A DNA stretch of 64,000 nucleotides, taken from the NCBI GenBank assembly GCA_047602425.1, contig JASGHG010000001.1, forward strand, positions 1,600,001-1,664,000. The letters run 5' to 3'. Under the pieces are notes generated by a model, which made no database searches, was not told the origin of the DNA, and was given only the letters and a program-made list of their open reading frames with translations. This DNA is from Nibricoccus sp. GTDB lineage: Bacteria; Verrucomicrobiota; Verrucomicrobiia; Opitutales; Opitutaceae. The position numbers were made by a program, and so were the translations under genes. Positions within the stretch are counted from its first letter, which is position 1; each line of letters begins with the position of its first letter. Below are positions 19,718-30,181 of this stretch, piece by piece.

Positions 19718-19809
19718 AAATCTTTCTCTTTCGTCTTCCTCGCTCTCTTTATCCACGGCCGAGTTTCAGACGGGAGAAAGATGAAGAGAAAGAGAACGAA
19801 GAAAGATTT
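19718..19809. repeat. Imperfect inverted repeat with ~6-bp periodic pyrimidine/purine arms, between argB and argD
   Basis: AAATCTTTCTCTTTCGTCTTCCTCGCTCTCTTT ... GAGAAAGATGAAGAGAAAGAGAACGAAGAAAGATTT. Confidence 0.65.
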
Positions 19810-19812
19810 CCC

Positions 19813-21033
<1,221 letters not shown>

Positions 21034-21095
21034 CAGCTCTGCCAGTTTTTTCTCTGGTCGACGGGAACGGTCTTGCCTATGACTGACCGTTTCCC

Positions 21096-22049
21096 ATGAA
21101 GCATTTCCTCAAAGAAACGGACCTGTCGTTGCGCGAAGCAGCGGCGGTCTTCGCGCAGGCCGCGAGCTTCAAGAAATCCCGCGGCCGGAAAACGGCGCCC
21201 GTGCTCAAAAATCAGACATGGGCCATGATTTTCTCGAAATCGAGTACGCGCACCCGAGTTTCCTTTGAGGTCGGCATCCATGAACTGGGCGGCAATCCGC
21301 TGTTTCTCAACAAGAACGACATCCAACTTGGCCGCGGTGAGACCATCGAGGACACCGCAAAAGTCCTTTCGCGTTACGTGCACGGCTTGGTCGTCCGCAC
21401 TTTCGATCACAATGACGTCGTCAAACTGGCCAACAGTTCATCGATTCCAGTGATCAACGCTCTCACTGATCTGCTGCATCCGTGCCAGATGTACTCCGAC
21501 GCGTTTACGCTGGCGGAACGTTGGGCCGGTCGGAGCAAAAATTTGCTCGGTTCGCTCAAGGGCAAAAAAATCGCGTTTGTCGGCGACACCGCCTGCAACA
21601 TGGCGAGTTCATGGGTCCTCGGCGCCAATTACTTCGGCATGAAGATTGCCGTCGCCGGTCCCAAAGGTTTTCGCCCCTCGCCTGCGTTCGATGCATTTTT
21701 GGCCACACAAGGATTCGAAGACGCCTACGAATTTACCACCGATCCGTACGAAGCCGTGCGTGGCGCCGATGTTGTCTATACGGACGTCTGGGTCAGCATG
21801 GGCAAAGAAGCCGAGTCGCAGCAGCGCTTAAAGCTCCTTCGTCCATATACGATCGATACAAAGATGTTTTCTGCGGCAAAAAAAGACGCGTTTTTCATGC
21901 ATTGCCTGCCGGCTTATGCGGGCAACGAAGCCACGCAGGAAGTCCTCGATCATCCGCGCTCGATCATCTTCGACCAGGCCGAAAACCGCCTCCACATGCA
22001 AAAGGCGATCATGGCCTTCCTCGCGAAAGCCGCGAAGTCGAAGCGTTGA
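21096..22049 (+). CDS. argF: Ornithine carbamoyltransferase
   Basis: STRTRVSF, HPCQ, DVWVSMG, HCLP, QAENRLH. Confidence 0.97.
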   Translation: MKHFLKETDLSLREAAAVFAQAASFKKSRGRKTAPVLKNQTWAMIFSKSSTRTRVSFEVGIHELGGNPLFLNKNDIQLGRGETIEDTAKVLSRYVHGLVVRTFDHNDVVKLANSSSIPVINALTDLLHPCQMYSDAFTLAERWAGRSKNLLGSLKGKKIAFVGDTACNMASSWVLGANYFGMKIAVAGPKGFRPSPAFDAFLATQGFEDAYEFTTDPYEAVRGADVVYTDVWVSMGKEAESQQRLKLLRPYTIDTKMFSAAKKDAFFMHCLPAYAGNEATQEVLDHPRSIIFDQAENRLHMQKAIMAFLAKAAKSKR

Positions 22050-22053
22050 GATT

Positions 22054-22508
22054 TTTTAACCGCGAATGGACGCGAATTAACGCGAATACTCCATGGCTGC
22101 GAACGATGTTCTGCTTCGGGATGAAGTGTTTCGCATCGTTGGTGCGGCGTTGGAGGTGATCAATTCGCTTGGTCACGGGCTACATGAGAAGCCGTATGAA
22201 AATGCGCTGGTGGTGGAATTTGGTTTGGCGAAAATACCCATTGAACAGCAGAAACGTTTTCCCGTGCTCTACAAAGGCGTGCAAGTGTCGGAGTACGTAC
22301 CCGACCTCATCGCGTTTGGTAGCGTGGTCGTGGACGCCAAGGTGGTCGACCGAATCACCGACCACGAACGCGGCCAGATGCTGAATTACCTCCGAATCAG
22401 CGGCCTAAAAGTTGGAGTACTCTTAAATTTCCAGCGCGCAAAGCTTGAGTGGGAGCGTGTAGTGTTGTCCGATCATTCGCGTTAATTCGCGTCCATTCGC
22501 GGTTAAAA
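22054..22508. mobile_element. Putative mobile cassette: GxxExxY gene bracketed by perfect 34-bp inverted repeats
   Basis: Left 22054-22087 TTTTAACCGCGAATGGACGCGAATTAACGCGAAT; right 22475-22508 is its exact reverse complement. Mobility is inferred. Confidence 0.6.
22093..22485 (+). CDS. GxxExxY protein (PD-(D/E)xK nuclease superfamily)
   Basis: GLHEKPY signature; PDL...DAK catalytic-like residues; QMLNYL; GVLLNF. Confidence 0.93.
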   Translation: MAANDVLLRDEVFRIVGAALEVINSLGHGLHEKPYENALVVEFGLAKIPIEQQKRFPVLYKGVQVSEYVPDLIAFGSVVVDAKVVDRITDHERGQMLNYLRISGLKVGVLLNFQRAKLEWERVVLSDHSR

Positions 22509-22527
22509 TTTTAAAATCCATTCCATT

Positions 22528-23754
22528 ATGAAAATCGTCCTCGCTTACTCCGGCGGACTCGACACGTCCGTCATCGTCAAGTGGCTCAAGGAAACATACG
22601 ACGCCGAAATCGTCACTTTCGCGACCGACGTCGGCCAGGAAGAGGAACTTCGTGGCCTCGATAAAAAAGCCAAGCGGACCGGCGCCTCTAAACACTACAC
22701 GCTCGATCTCGTCGAAGAATTTGCCCGCGACTTCATCTTCCCGATGATCCGCGCCAACGCTATTTACGAGGGCCAGTATTATCTCGGCACCTCGATCGCG
22801 CGTCCGCTCATCGCCAAAGCGCAGGTCGAAATCGCCCACAAGGAAAAAGCCGACACCGTCGCGCACGGCGCCACCGGCAAAGGCAACGACCAATGCCGCT
22901 TCGAGCTCACGTACATGGCGCTAGATCCAAAACTCCAGATTATTGCTCCATGGAAACTGGAAAACTATCGCGCTGAATTCCCCGGCCGCGCCGAGATGAT
23001 CGCCTACTGCGCAAAGCACAATATTCCCGTCGAAGCTTCGCTCAAGAAGCCATACTCGATGGACCGCAACCTTCTTCACATCTCCTACGAAGCCGGCATT
23101 CTCGAAGATCCGTGGTTCGACCCGACGACGAAGGAAAACAAGGGCATGTTCAAACTCTCCGTCTCGCCGGAAGACGCACCCGACAAACCCGAGTACGTCG
23201 AAATCGATTTCGAAAAAGGCAACGCCGTCGCGATCAACGGCAAGAAGCTCACGCCCGGCGCGCTGCTCAAAGCCCTCAACAAGCTCGGCGGCAAACATGG
23301 TATCGGCCGTGTTGACCTCGTGGAAAACCGTTTCGTCGGCATGAAGAGCCGTGGCGTGTACGAGACCCCCGGTGGCACGATCCTCATGCAGGCGCACCGC
23401 CAGGTGGAATCGCTCACGCTCGACCGCGAAGTGCTCCAACTCCGCGACAGCCTGATCCCGAAATACGCGCAACTCGTGTACAATGGTTTCTGGTTCGCAC
23501 CGGAACGCGAAGCGCTTCAAGCCCTCGTCGACGAAAGCCAGCGTTACGTCAGCGGCACGGTTCGGCTCAAGCTTTACAAAGGCAACATCATCACCTGCGG
23601 CCGCAAGTCGAAGTACTCCATGTACGACGACAAGATCGCGTCGATGGAAGGCGTGAAGAGCTGGTACAACCAGAGCGACGCCACCGGCTTCATCCGCCTC
23701 AACGGCCTGCGCCTCCGCGCCCGCAACCTCTCACAAGGCGGCCCGAAGATCTGA
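22528..23754 (+). CDS. argG: Argininosuccinate synthase
   Basis: [38 protein letters not shown]. Confidence 0.98.
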   Translation: MKIVLAYSGGLDTSVIVKWLKETYDAEIVTFATDVGQEEELRGLDKKAKRTGASKHYTLDLVEEFARDFIFPMIRANAIYEGQYYLGTSIARPLIAKAQVEIAHKEKADTVAHGATGKGNDQCRFELTYMALDPKLQIIAPWKLENYRAEFPGRAEMIAYCAKHNIPVEASLKKPYSMDRNLLHISYEAGILEDPWFDPTTKENKGMFKLSVSPEDAPDKPEYVEIDFEKGNAVAINGKKLTPGALLKALNKLGGKHGIGRVDLVENRFVGMKSRGVYETPGGTILMQAHRQVESLTLDREVLQLRDSLIPKYAQLVYNGFWFAPEREALQALVDESQRYVSGTVRLKLYKGNIITCGRKSKYSMYDDKIASMEGVKSWYNQSDATGFIRLNGLRLRARNLSQGGPKI

Positions 23755-23778
23755 GCCTAACGATTCAAAATCTCTAAC

Positions 23779-23813
23779 AAAAAGCCAGCCACCGAAATGG
23801 GGCTGGCTTTTTT
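23779..23813 (+). terminator. Terminator of the argBDF-G operon
   Basis: AAAAAGCCAGCC...GGCTGGCTTTTTT. Confidence 0.85.
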
Positions 23814-23946
23814 GTGGCCGAGATTTTCAGTGAGTTATTTCACGAGCTCGAAGGGTGACTTTAATTGAGGTGCGGACGGTCGTGGTCGCGGCTCGGAAAG
23901 CGAATGCGATGTTGAGGATTTTTGCGGAGGTGCAAACGTATGCGCC

Positions 23947-24408
23947 ATGCCATCCAAACCCATCCCCGGTTCCACCGGTGAAGTGCTCACGTGTTTGCCG
24001 TCGCCGTATTTGCCGCATGCGGCGACCGGGCTTTTGTACCTGCCCCGTTTTCTCGCGAAGTGCAAATACACCAAGGAGCACGGTGCGCTGCCGAAGAGTT
24101 ATGCGAAAAATTACAAGCGCGGGATCGATCGTTTTCTCTGTTTGCACCTCGGCATCGATCCAAACGCCGTGGAAAAAATCGTGCATGAGTCGGCGGACGA
24201 CGTGGAGATCGAGACGAAATTGCGTGCGCTATTTCCGGCCGACGTGCGTGCGGCAAAATGGAATCGCGAGCTTGTGCAAAAAGGTATGACGCCAGCAGGC
24301 CGCGATTTTTTGAAAGAGGCGCTGACAGCGATGGGTTGCCTCGATCGCGTCGATCAGATCATCAGCGTGCCGGACTTGATCGATTTCGATGAAGGCCGCA
24401 TCGAGTGA
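23947..24408 (+). CDS. DUF5069-like protein
   Basis: LPSPY...GLLYLPRFLAK, GIDRFLCLHLGID, DLIDFDEGR pattern; family assigned from recall. Confidence 0.7.
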   Translation: MPSKPIPGSTGEVLTCLPSPYLPHAATGLLYLPRFLAKCKYTKEHGALPKSYAKNYKRGIDRFLCLHLGIDPNAVEKIVHESADDVEIETKLRALFPADVRAAKWNRELVQKGMTPAGRDFLKEALTAMGCLDRVDQIISVPDLIDFDEGRIE

Positions 24409-24486
24409 AATGCGATAGCCCAAGGATTTGCGCGGAGGGTAATTTCTTGAGTTTCACATTTCAAAAATCCCGTTAAGGTATTCGCC

Positions 24487-24822
24487 ATGGTCAAAGGACA
24501 ACGAGTCGTCTGCATCAACGATAGCTTCAGCCAATTCGTCCGGGCGCTGTATAAGCAGCTTCCGGTCAAGGATAAGACCTACACCATTCGCGAGGTGTTT
24601 TTGGGGCGCGAGAAGATCGTGAAGGGCGATGACACCGCTACCGTTGGTCTTCTGCTCGAAGAATTACACAATCCGCCCGATCCGTTTCACGCGGGCCAGC
24701 AGGAACTGGGGTTTTCTTCGGAGCGTTTCGCGCTGCTCGACGAATTGCCCGACGAGGAAAACGTTGAGGAAGAAGTCGCCGCCGGCGTGATCGGTTTCCC
24801 GAGCCAGGTGGGCGTAAACTGA
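24487..24822 (+). CDS. Hypothetical protein
   Basis: Clean 111-aa ORF with host-like codon use and an acidic tail. Confidence 0.7.
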   Translation: MVKGQRVVCINDSFSQFVRALYKQLPVKDKTYTIREVFLGREKIVKGDDTATVGLLLEELHNPPDPFHAGQQELGFSSERFALLDELPDEENVEEEVAAGVIGFPSQVGVN

Positions 24823-24880
24823 GCGCACGCCGCCAGCCGCTTCGACGGACGCGCGCAGGGACGATTGAGTTTGGTTTGGC

Positions 24881-25780
24881 TTAACGGCTGCCTGTCGCGG
24901 CGGCAGGCAGGTTTTTGAGGAAAAGCCAGAGAGCGCCGAGTTCGGTGTCATTCATTTGGCCGAATGCGCGCGGCATCACCGGACTGATTTCCGTGCCATT
25001 GGGGCGCCGGCCGGTGCGAAGCGTATTGATGAAATCGGTTTCGCTCCAGTTGGCGACGGCCGCTTTTTCGTGCGTCGTGAGATTGGCGGCGGCTGGCCAA
25101 TCGGGCGGTGCGCCAGTGATTGGGCCGCCAGAGTAGTTCGACCCATGGCACCCGGCGCAGCCCGCCGCAAGATAGCGGCCGTAGTCGACCGACCGAGCAA
25201 CTTTCACGGAAGCAGGTTTCAGGTTGGCGTGATCAATGACTTCGGCCGCAATCGGAAATTTCCCTGTCACGACGAGTACGCGGCCGACCGGTCCCAAAGC
25301 AATTGGCACCCGGGCGCGGTCGACAGGAGCGACGGTTTTCAAATAGGCAATAAGCGCTCCGAGATCTTCATCGCTGAAATGAGAAAATTCCTGCGACGGC
25401 ATGAGAAACAGCGGACGGCCCTCTTTGCTCACTCCATGCCGAATGGCCCGGACCCAATCCTCATCGCTAAAATTGGCGGCCAAACCTCCGTTGCCTCGCG
25501 TAAGGTTTGGGCCGTAGAGGCGGCCAATGGGTACGTTTTCGACGACCTTCGCGCCCGCAAAATCGGCACCGTGGCAGTCGATGCAGCCGCGCGTTTGTGC
25601 AATGTGACGCCCTTGCTCGATCGCAGCTGGGTCATTGGGAATGGTTAATGGATTGGCGGTGATACGATAGGTGCGGCGAAGCCGGCTATTACTCATCAAA
25701 TAGACGGTAGTAGCCGCTACGACAATTAACAGAATGATGCCCGCGAGAGCCCAGACGGTGTACTTCAATAACTTACGCAT
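24881..25780 (-). CDS. Membrane-anchored diheme cytochrome c
   Basis: N-terminal TM; two CxxCH motifs (CIDCH, CAGCH), PNLT/ANLT and MP distal-Met motifs. Confidence 0.9.
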   Translation of the reverse strand: MRKLLKYTVWALAGIILLIVVAATTVYLMSNSRLRRTYRITANPLTIPNDPAAIEQGRHIAQTRGCIDCHGADFAGAKVVENVPIGRLYGPNLTRGNGGLAANFSDEDWVRAIRHGVSKEGRPLFLMPSQEFSHFSDEDLGALIAYLKTVAPVDRARVPIALGPVGRVLVVTGKFPIAAEVIDHANLKPASVKVARSVDYGRYLAAGCAGCHGSNYSGGPITGAPPDWPAAANLTTHEKAAVANWSETDFINTLRTGRRPNGTEISPVMPRAFGQMNDTELGALWLFLKNLPAAATGSR

Positions 25781-26018
25781 GGAGGTGTTGTAGATGTTAA
25801 AACTTATGCAGTGGTGAAGTATATTTTATGGATTTGACGGACAATGTTACAAAGAAAGTGAGCTTTTTTCCAAACAACCCGCTACCTGCAAACGTACGGC
25901 AAAAAAACCTCATGGAATTCCTGTAACAATGCCTGCGAAAAACCTAAGAAGAGATATCAGTAGTCTGTAGTTGGCCGACCCGGTCGACTGCGCGTCTTAC
26001 CACACAACCAGTCTCTAT

Positions 26019-26729
26019 ATGAAAATAATCGTCCCATTCCTCCGCGTTGCCTCGGCCTGTCTGCTTGTTGCCGCTCTCGCCACGCAAGCCTCCGCCTTCG
26101 AAGGCAAAATTGATATGAAAAACACCGTCGGCAAAGACAGCACGCCGATGACTTTCTTCGTTAAAGGTCCCTTGATGCGAATGGAAATGAAGGCGTCGGG
26201 CGGAAAACGCAAAGGCGGCGAGGAAACTGCGGTCATGCTCCTCAACACAGAAACGCAAGAGGCGACCATGCTCATGGAGAAAGACAAAATGTACATGGTG
26301 CTCAAAATGCCCAAGGACCAGATCGAGCAGGCGCAAAAGGACAATGCCATGGAATTCAAGGCCACCGGTCGGAAGGAGAAAATCGCCGGCGTGGACGCAG
26401 AGGAATACATCGGCACCTCCAAAAAACAATACGTGGAAATCTGGGTCACGAAGGAGCTCGGAAAGTTCATGATGGCAAATCCGGGCGGACCGATGGGCGG
26501 CAAGAAAAAGACCGACCCGTGGCAGGTATTTGCTGAAAAAGAAAATTTCTTCCCGCTACGCACGATCACACGTGCGAAAGAAGGAGCTCCGGAAGAAAGC
26601 CGGATGGAAGTCACCGCCATCGATAAGAGCAAACAAGCCGACTCCCTTTTCAAGCCGCCAGCCGACTATCAGAAATTCGAAATGCCCAACATGGGCGATA
26701 TGATGCGGGGCATGGGACCGGGAAGATAA
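26019..26729 (+). CDS. Secreted DUF4412-like protein
   Basis: Signal peptide ending ASA|FEG; KATGRKEKIAGVDAEEY, EIWVT, FPLR, LFKPPADYQK. Confidence 0.75.
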   Translation: MKIIVPFLRVASACLLVAALATQASAFEGKIDMKNTVGKDSTPMTFFVKGPLMRMEMKASGGKRKGGEETAVMLLNTETQEATMLMEKDKMYMVLKMPKDQIEQAQKDNAMEFKATGRKEKIAGVDAEEYIGTSKKQYVEIWVTKELGKFMMANPGGPMGGKKKTDPWQVFAEKENFFPLRTITRAKEGAPEESRMEVTAIDKSKQADSLFKPPADYQKFEMPNMGDMMRGMGPGR

Positions 26730-26753
26730 TGGCGAAACTTTGTCAGACGTGCT

Positions 26754-26788
26754 CACCCCGGGAGTTGGTCCCGGGGTGTTTTATTTTT
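26754..26788 (+). terminator. Terminator
   Basis: CACCCCGGGA-gttgg-TCCCGGGGTG plus T-rich tail. Confidence 0.75.
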
Positions 26789-26840
26789 AGCGGCGAAACA
26801 TGCCGCTGATTTCCGCGAATTTTCCCGCGCAATTACTCAA

Positions 26841-27251
26841 CTATTTGCCTGATCCAAATTTCAGGATCGTCGCGAACTCTTCCGGTTTCAATGGCACCAC
26901 TGAGAGCCGGCCTTGGCGCACCAGCATGATGTTCGAAAGCGATTTCTCCACCTTGATTTGATCGAGCGTCACCGGGCTCGGCAAACTGCGCACTGCCTTA
27001 AGTTCAACGGCAGACCAATCGCCGTCATCGGCCGTTTGATCGGGAAAGGCTTCTTTCGTCACCTCGGCCAAACCGACAACGGCTTTTGTGGTCACGCTTT
27101 CATAGAAAAGCACCTGATCGCCCTTGCGCATGGCTCGCAGATTATTCCGCGCAGCGAAATTTCTCACTCCAGTCCACGCCGTTTTCTTTTCACGCAGAAA
27201 AGTTTCCCACGAATAGGCCTCGGGTTCGGATTTCACAAGCCAGTGTTGCAT
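26841..27251 (-). CDS. EVE domain protein
   Basis: MQHWLVKSEP, WTGVRNFAARN, MRKGDQVLFY, RLSVVP. Confidence 0.92.
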   Translation of the reverse strand: MQHWLVKSEPEAYSWETFLREKKTAWTGVRNFAARNNLRAMRKGDQVLFYESVTTKAVVGLAEVTKEAFPDQTADDGDWSAVELKAVRSLPSPVTLDQIKVEKSLSNIMLVRQGRLSVVPLKPEEFATILKFGSGK

Positions 27252-27302
27252 CGCGAATGGAGTATGCGCGTCGGCTCGCTTTGCAAACCGACGCGCCAAA
27301 AA

Positions 27303-28442
27303 TCACTCGTTCACGTGCACGACCGTCGCTGGCGGGAAGCCGTTGAAATAAGTCGAGGACGCGTGGCTGTAAGCGCCGATATTGGTGCTGTAAACGAGGT
27401 CGCCACGCTCAAGCGCGGGCAGGTTTTCAGCCATCGAAACGACATCGAGCGCATCGCAGGTCGGGCCGAAGACCGCGCTGATCTGCGTCGCGCCTTTCTT
27501 GAAGGCTTTGATCGGATAGTGGCAGTGATCGAAGATGACTCCCGAGTAGGTGTGATAAACACCGTCGTTGATGTAGTAGCAGGGCTTGCCGTCACGGACG
27601 GCCTTGCCGACGACCGACGACACAGCATAACCAGCCGTTGCCACCAAAAACCGGCCCGGTTCGGCTAAGATTTGGATGTTCTTCGGAAAGAGGCGTGTGA
27701 TCTCGGAATTGATGACCTTTGCGAGTTCCTTGAATGGCTTCACCGTGGCGTCGTATGGAGCGGGGAAACCGCCACCGATATCGACGAGGTTCATCTTCGT
27801 GTAACCGCGATCCTGGGCTTCCTTGAAGATGTTTGCGGTAAGATTTAGCGCTTGGACGTAGTTGTCGAAATTCGTCGTCTGACTGCCGACGTGGAAGCTG
27901 ATGCCTTCGACGGTCAGGCCAACACGGTCGGCTTCGAGAATCAGGTCAACGGCTTCGCCCGGTGACGCCCCGAATTTCGAGGAGAGCTCGACCATGGCGC
28001 CGGTGTTCGGGACCTTGAGGCGAAGCGCGAGGCCAGCCTGCGGCGCGTGCTTTTTGATTTTGTGGATCTCCTCGAGATTGTCGAAAGTGACGAGCGGCTT
28101 GTACTTATTGAGTTCCTCAAGCGTGTTCGTCGGCTTGGTGGGATTTGCGTAGATGATTTTATCCCAGATCCAATCCTGCCGCTGCTTCGCGGGCATATGC
28201 TTGATGTTTTCGTAGACGATCTTGAACTCCGGCATCGAAGCGACGTCGAAGCTCGAACCTTCCTTGTAGAGGGTGCGCACGATCGCCGGATCGGAATTTG
28301 CCTTTACGGCGAAATAAACCTGCACGCGGGGCAGATACTTTTTGAACTGCCGGTAATTCGCACGCAGCGCATCGTGGTCGATGACGAAGAGAGGCGTGCC
28401 GTTTTCTTTTGCGAGCGACTGGAGCTTGGCCAACGAGATCAT
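27303..28442 (-). CDS. Fold-type III PLP ornithine/lysine decarboxylase
   Basis: FAVKAN (PLP Lys), FDVAS, SKFGA, SFHVGSQ, DIGGGFP, EPGRF, GPTCD, GAYS, FNGF. Confidence 0.92.
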   Translation of the reverse strand: MISLAKLQSLAKENGTPLFVIDHDALRANYRQFKKYLPRVQVYFAVKANSDPAIVRTLYKEGSSFDVASMPEFKIVYENIKHMPAKQRQDWIWDKIIYANPTKPTNTLEELNKYKPLVTFDNLEEIHKIKKHAPQAGLALRLKVPNTGAMVELSSKFGASPGEAVDLILEADRVGLTVEGISFHVGSQTTNFDNYVQALNLTANIFKEAQDRGYTKMNLVDIGGGFPAPYDATVKPFKELAKVINSEITRLFPKNIQILAEPGRFLVATAGYAVSSVVGKAVRDGKPCYYINDGVYHTYSGVIFDHCHYPIKAFKKGATQISAVFGPTCDALDVVSMAENLPALERGDLVYSTNIGAYSHASSTYFNGFPPATVVHVNE

Positions 28443-28527
28443 GGTTATTTTCAGATGATAGGGTTGGCCGGAATAGCAAGTGGAACCACGCGACGCCGGC
28501 CCGGCGCGAGGAAGAAATTAGCTGCGC

Positions 28528-29979
28528 TCAACGTCCGTCCTGAATGAGGAAGTTCTTGAACTGCCACGGATCTTTCATGTCGAGGTCGGGTTTGTTATAA
28601 CCGTTAAACTCGTTGTGGTAATCGCGCAGCGGCGTCCAATCGGAGGACTTCGAGATATATTTGCCGAGATAAGGCTTGGCGATGCCGAGAACGTACTCGT
28701 GCGGAAGCTCATCAGGAACAACCACGCCCTCCTCGGGATTTTCGATCATCCACATCGTTGCCGCGGTGACGGAAATCGCGACCTGCATCGTCGTCGCGTT
28801 CTGATGCGGAACGAGTTTGCGCGATTGCTCGATGCTCAAATCGCTGCCGATCCACCATGAATTGTAAGCGTGACCCATGAGCAAGGCGCCGAGGATATCG
28901 GAACCGCTCGTGATCTCGTCATTCATAATGCGAAGCTTCGACTGGAGCTTGTAGTCGTAGCCACGCAGCTCGTTGAGCGAGGCAATGGCACAATCGCAGG
29001 GACAATAAGCGTAATGAACGGTCGGACGGTAAACGGCTTTGCCCTTTTCCAGAACCGTGAGCTTGTCCGAGATGGTAAACGCCTCGCCGTGGCGGACAAC
29101 CATTCCATGGATGGAATAGTTCGGCACCCACGTGCGCACCCAGGTGTTCATGCCCATGCGCGCGAGGCAGATTTGATTACGTGGGCCTTCCTTATGCTGA
29201 TAGGCGAAAGCCGGAAGCGTTTTCTCGTGCGTGCCCCACCCTAGCTCCGACGTGGTGATGCCTTCTTCGCGGAAACCTTCGATCGACCAGGTGTTGACGA
29301 ATTCGTCGACCTGCTTGGGTTGATCGGTGATCTGCGTATCGCGCTCGGAAACGTGAATGACCTTCACGCCGAGTTTTTGAGCCAGGACGTTGAAAGTCTG
29401 GTCCTTGATGAGTTGGGCAATCTCCTCGGCTTTTTTGCCGGTAAGCTTTTTATCGGCAATCAAGTTCTGACCGATATCGATCAAACCCTGTTTGGTGAAA
29501 TGCGAAATCAGGCCAGGGTTCGCACCGTGTTCGATGACGGCGGTCGGGCCCTTGACCTTCCACTTCGCCGTCATCCGGCGCAGGTTCATGTGGCGCCAAT
29601 AGAGCGTTTTTTCCGTCGGATGTTTGCCGGATTTGTAGGGATCCCACAGTTCAGTCGAAGTGTTGATATAGCGCACGCCGTTGTCGTGGCACCACTGGAG
29701 AATTTCCAAGGCATCGATGTTCCAAGCGAGATCGATGAGGATGTCACCTTGGCCGACGTGCTTGCCGAGAAGCTTGCTGAGATTCTCCTCAGTCACGCGG
29801 TCCTTCACGAAGCGCACGCCCTTGGCGGTCCACTTCTTCAGCTTCTCCCGGCGGTCTTCGAAGTCCATGATCGTGACGTTCTTCGCCGGCACTTTGATGT
29901 GCTTGAACAGGATCGGAAGCGTGCATTCGGCGACAGCACCATAACCAACAAACAGAACTTTATTATTAAACGTAATCAT
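28528..29979 (-). CDS. hss: Homospermidine synthase
   Basis: VGYGAVA Rossmann motif, HGANPGLISHF, SERDTQ, EFVNTWS.EG, RPTVHYAYCP, QNATTMQV, DPWQF. Confidence 0.92.
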   Translation of the reverse strand: MITFNNKVLFVGYGAVAECTLPILFKHIKVPAKNVTIMDFEDRREKLKKWTAKGVRFVKDRVTEENLSKLLGKHVGQGDILIDLAWNIDALEILQWCHDNGVRYINTSTELWDPYKSGKHPTEKTLYWRHMNLRRMTAKWKVKGPTAVIEHGANPGLISHFTKQGLIDIGQNLIADKKLTGKKAEEIAQLIKDQTFNVLAQKLGVKVIHVSERDTQITDQPKQVDEFVNTWSIEGFREEGITTSELGWGTHEKTLPAFAYQHKEGPRNQICLARMGMNTWVRTWVPNYSIHGMVVRHGEAFTISDKLTVLEKGKAVYRPTVHYAYCPCDCAIASLNELRGYDYKLQSKLRIMNDEITSGSDILGALLMGHAYNSWWIGSDLSIEQSRKLVPHQNATTMQVAISVTAATMWMIENPEEGVVVPDELPHEYVLGIAKPYLGKYISKSSDWTPLRDYHNEFNGYNKPDLDMKDPWQFKNFLIQDGR

Positions 29980-30181
29980 GATTTAGCGGACTTTTTTCCG
30001 CATACGCCGCGTCCGGGGTCGGAACGCTTCGAGCGCATGCGCGAAGATGTTGCACGAGTGGTGTGGAAACACGCGCGTCTGACAAGCAGTTTTCCGAGGG
30101 AAAACGCAGGAATTTGCGCGAATCGAAAAAATCGGTCCGGCGCCGTGTGACGTTGCGGTGTCGAAAAAAATCCGCGCAGCC

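Noticed and set aside
22054..22087. CRISPR array or classical IS at the repeats around GxxExxY
   Set aside because: Units are 10-bp tandem with no spacers; there is no cas or DDE/HUH transposase and no clear target duplication.
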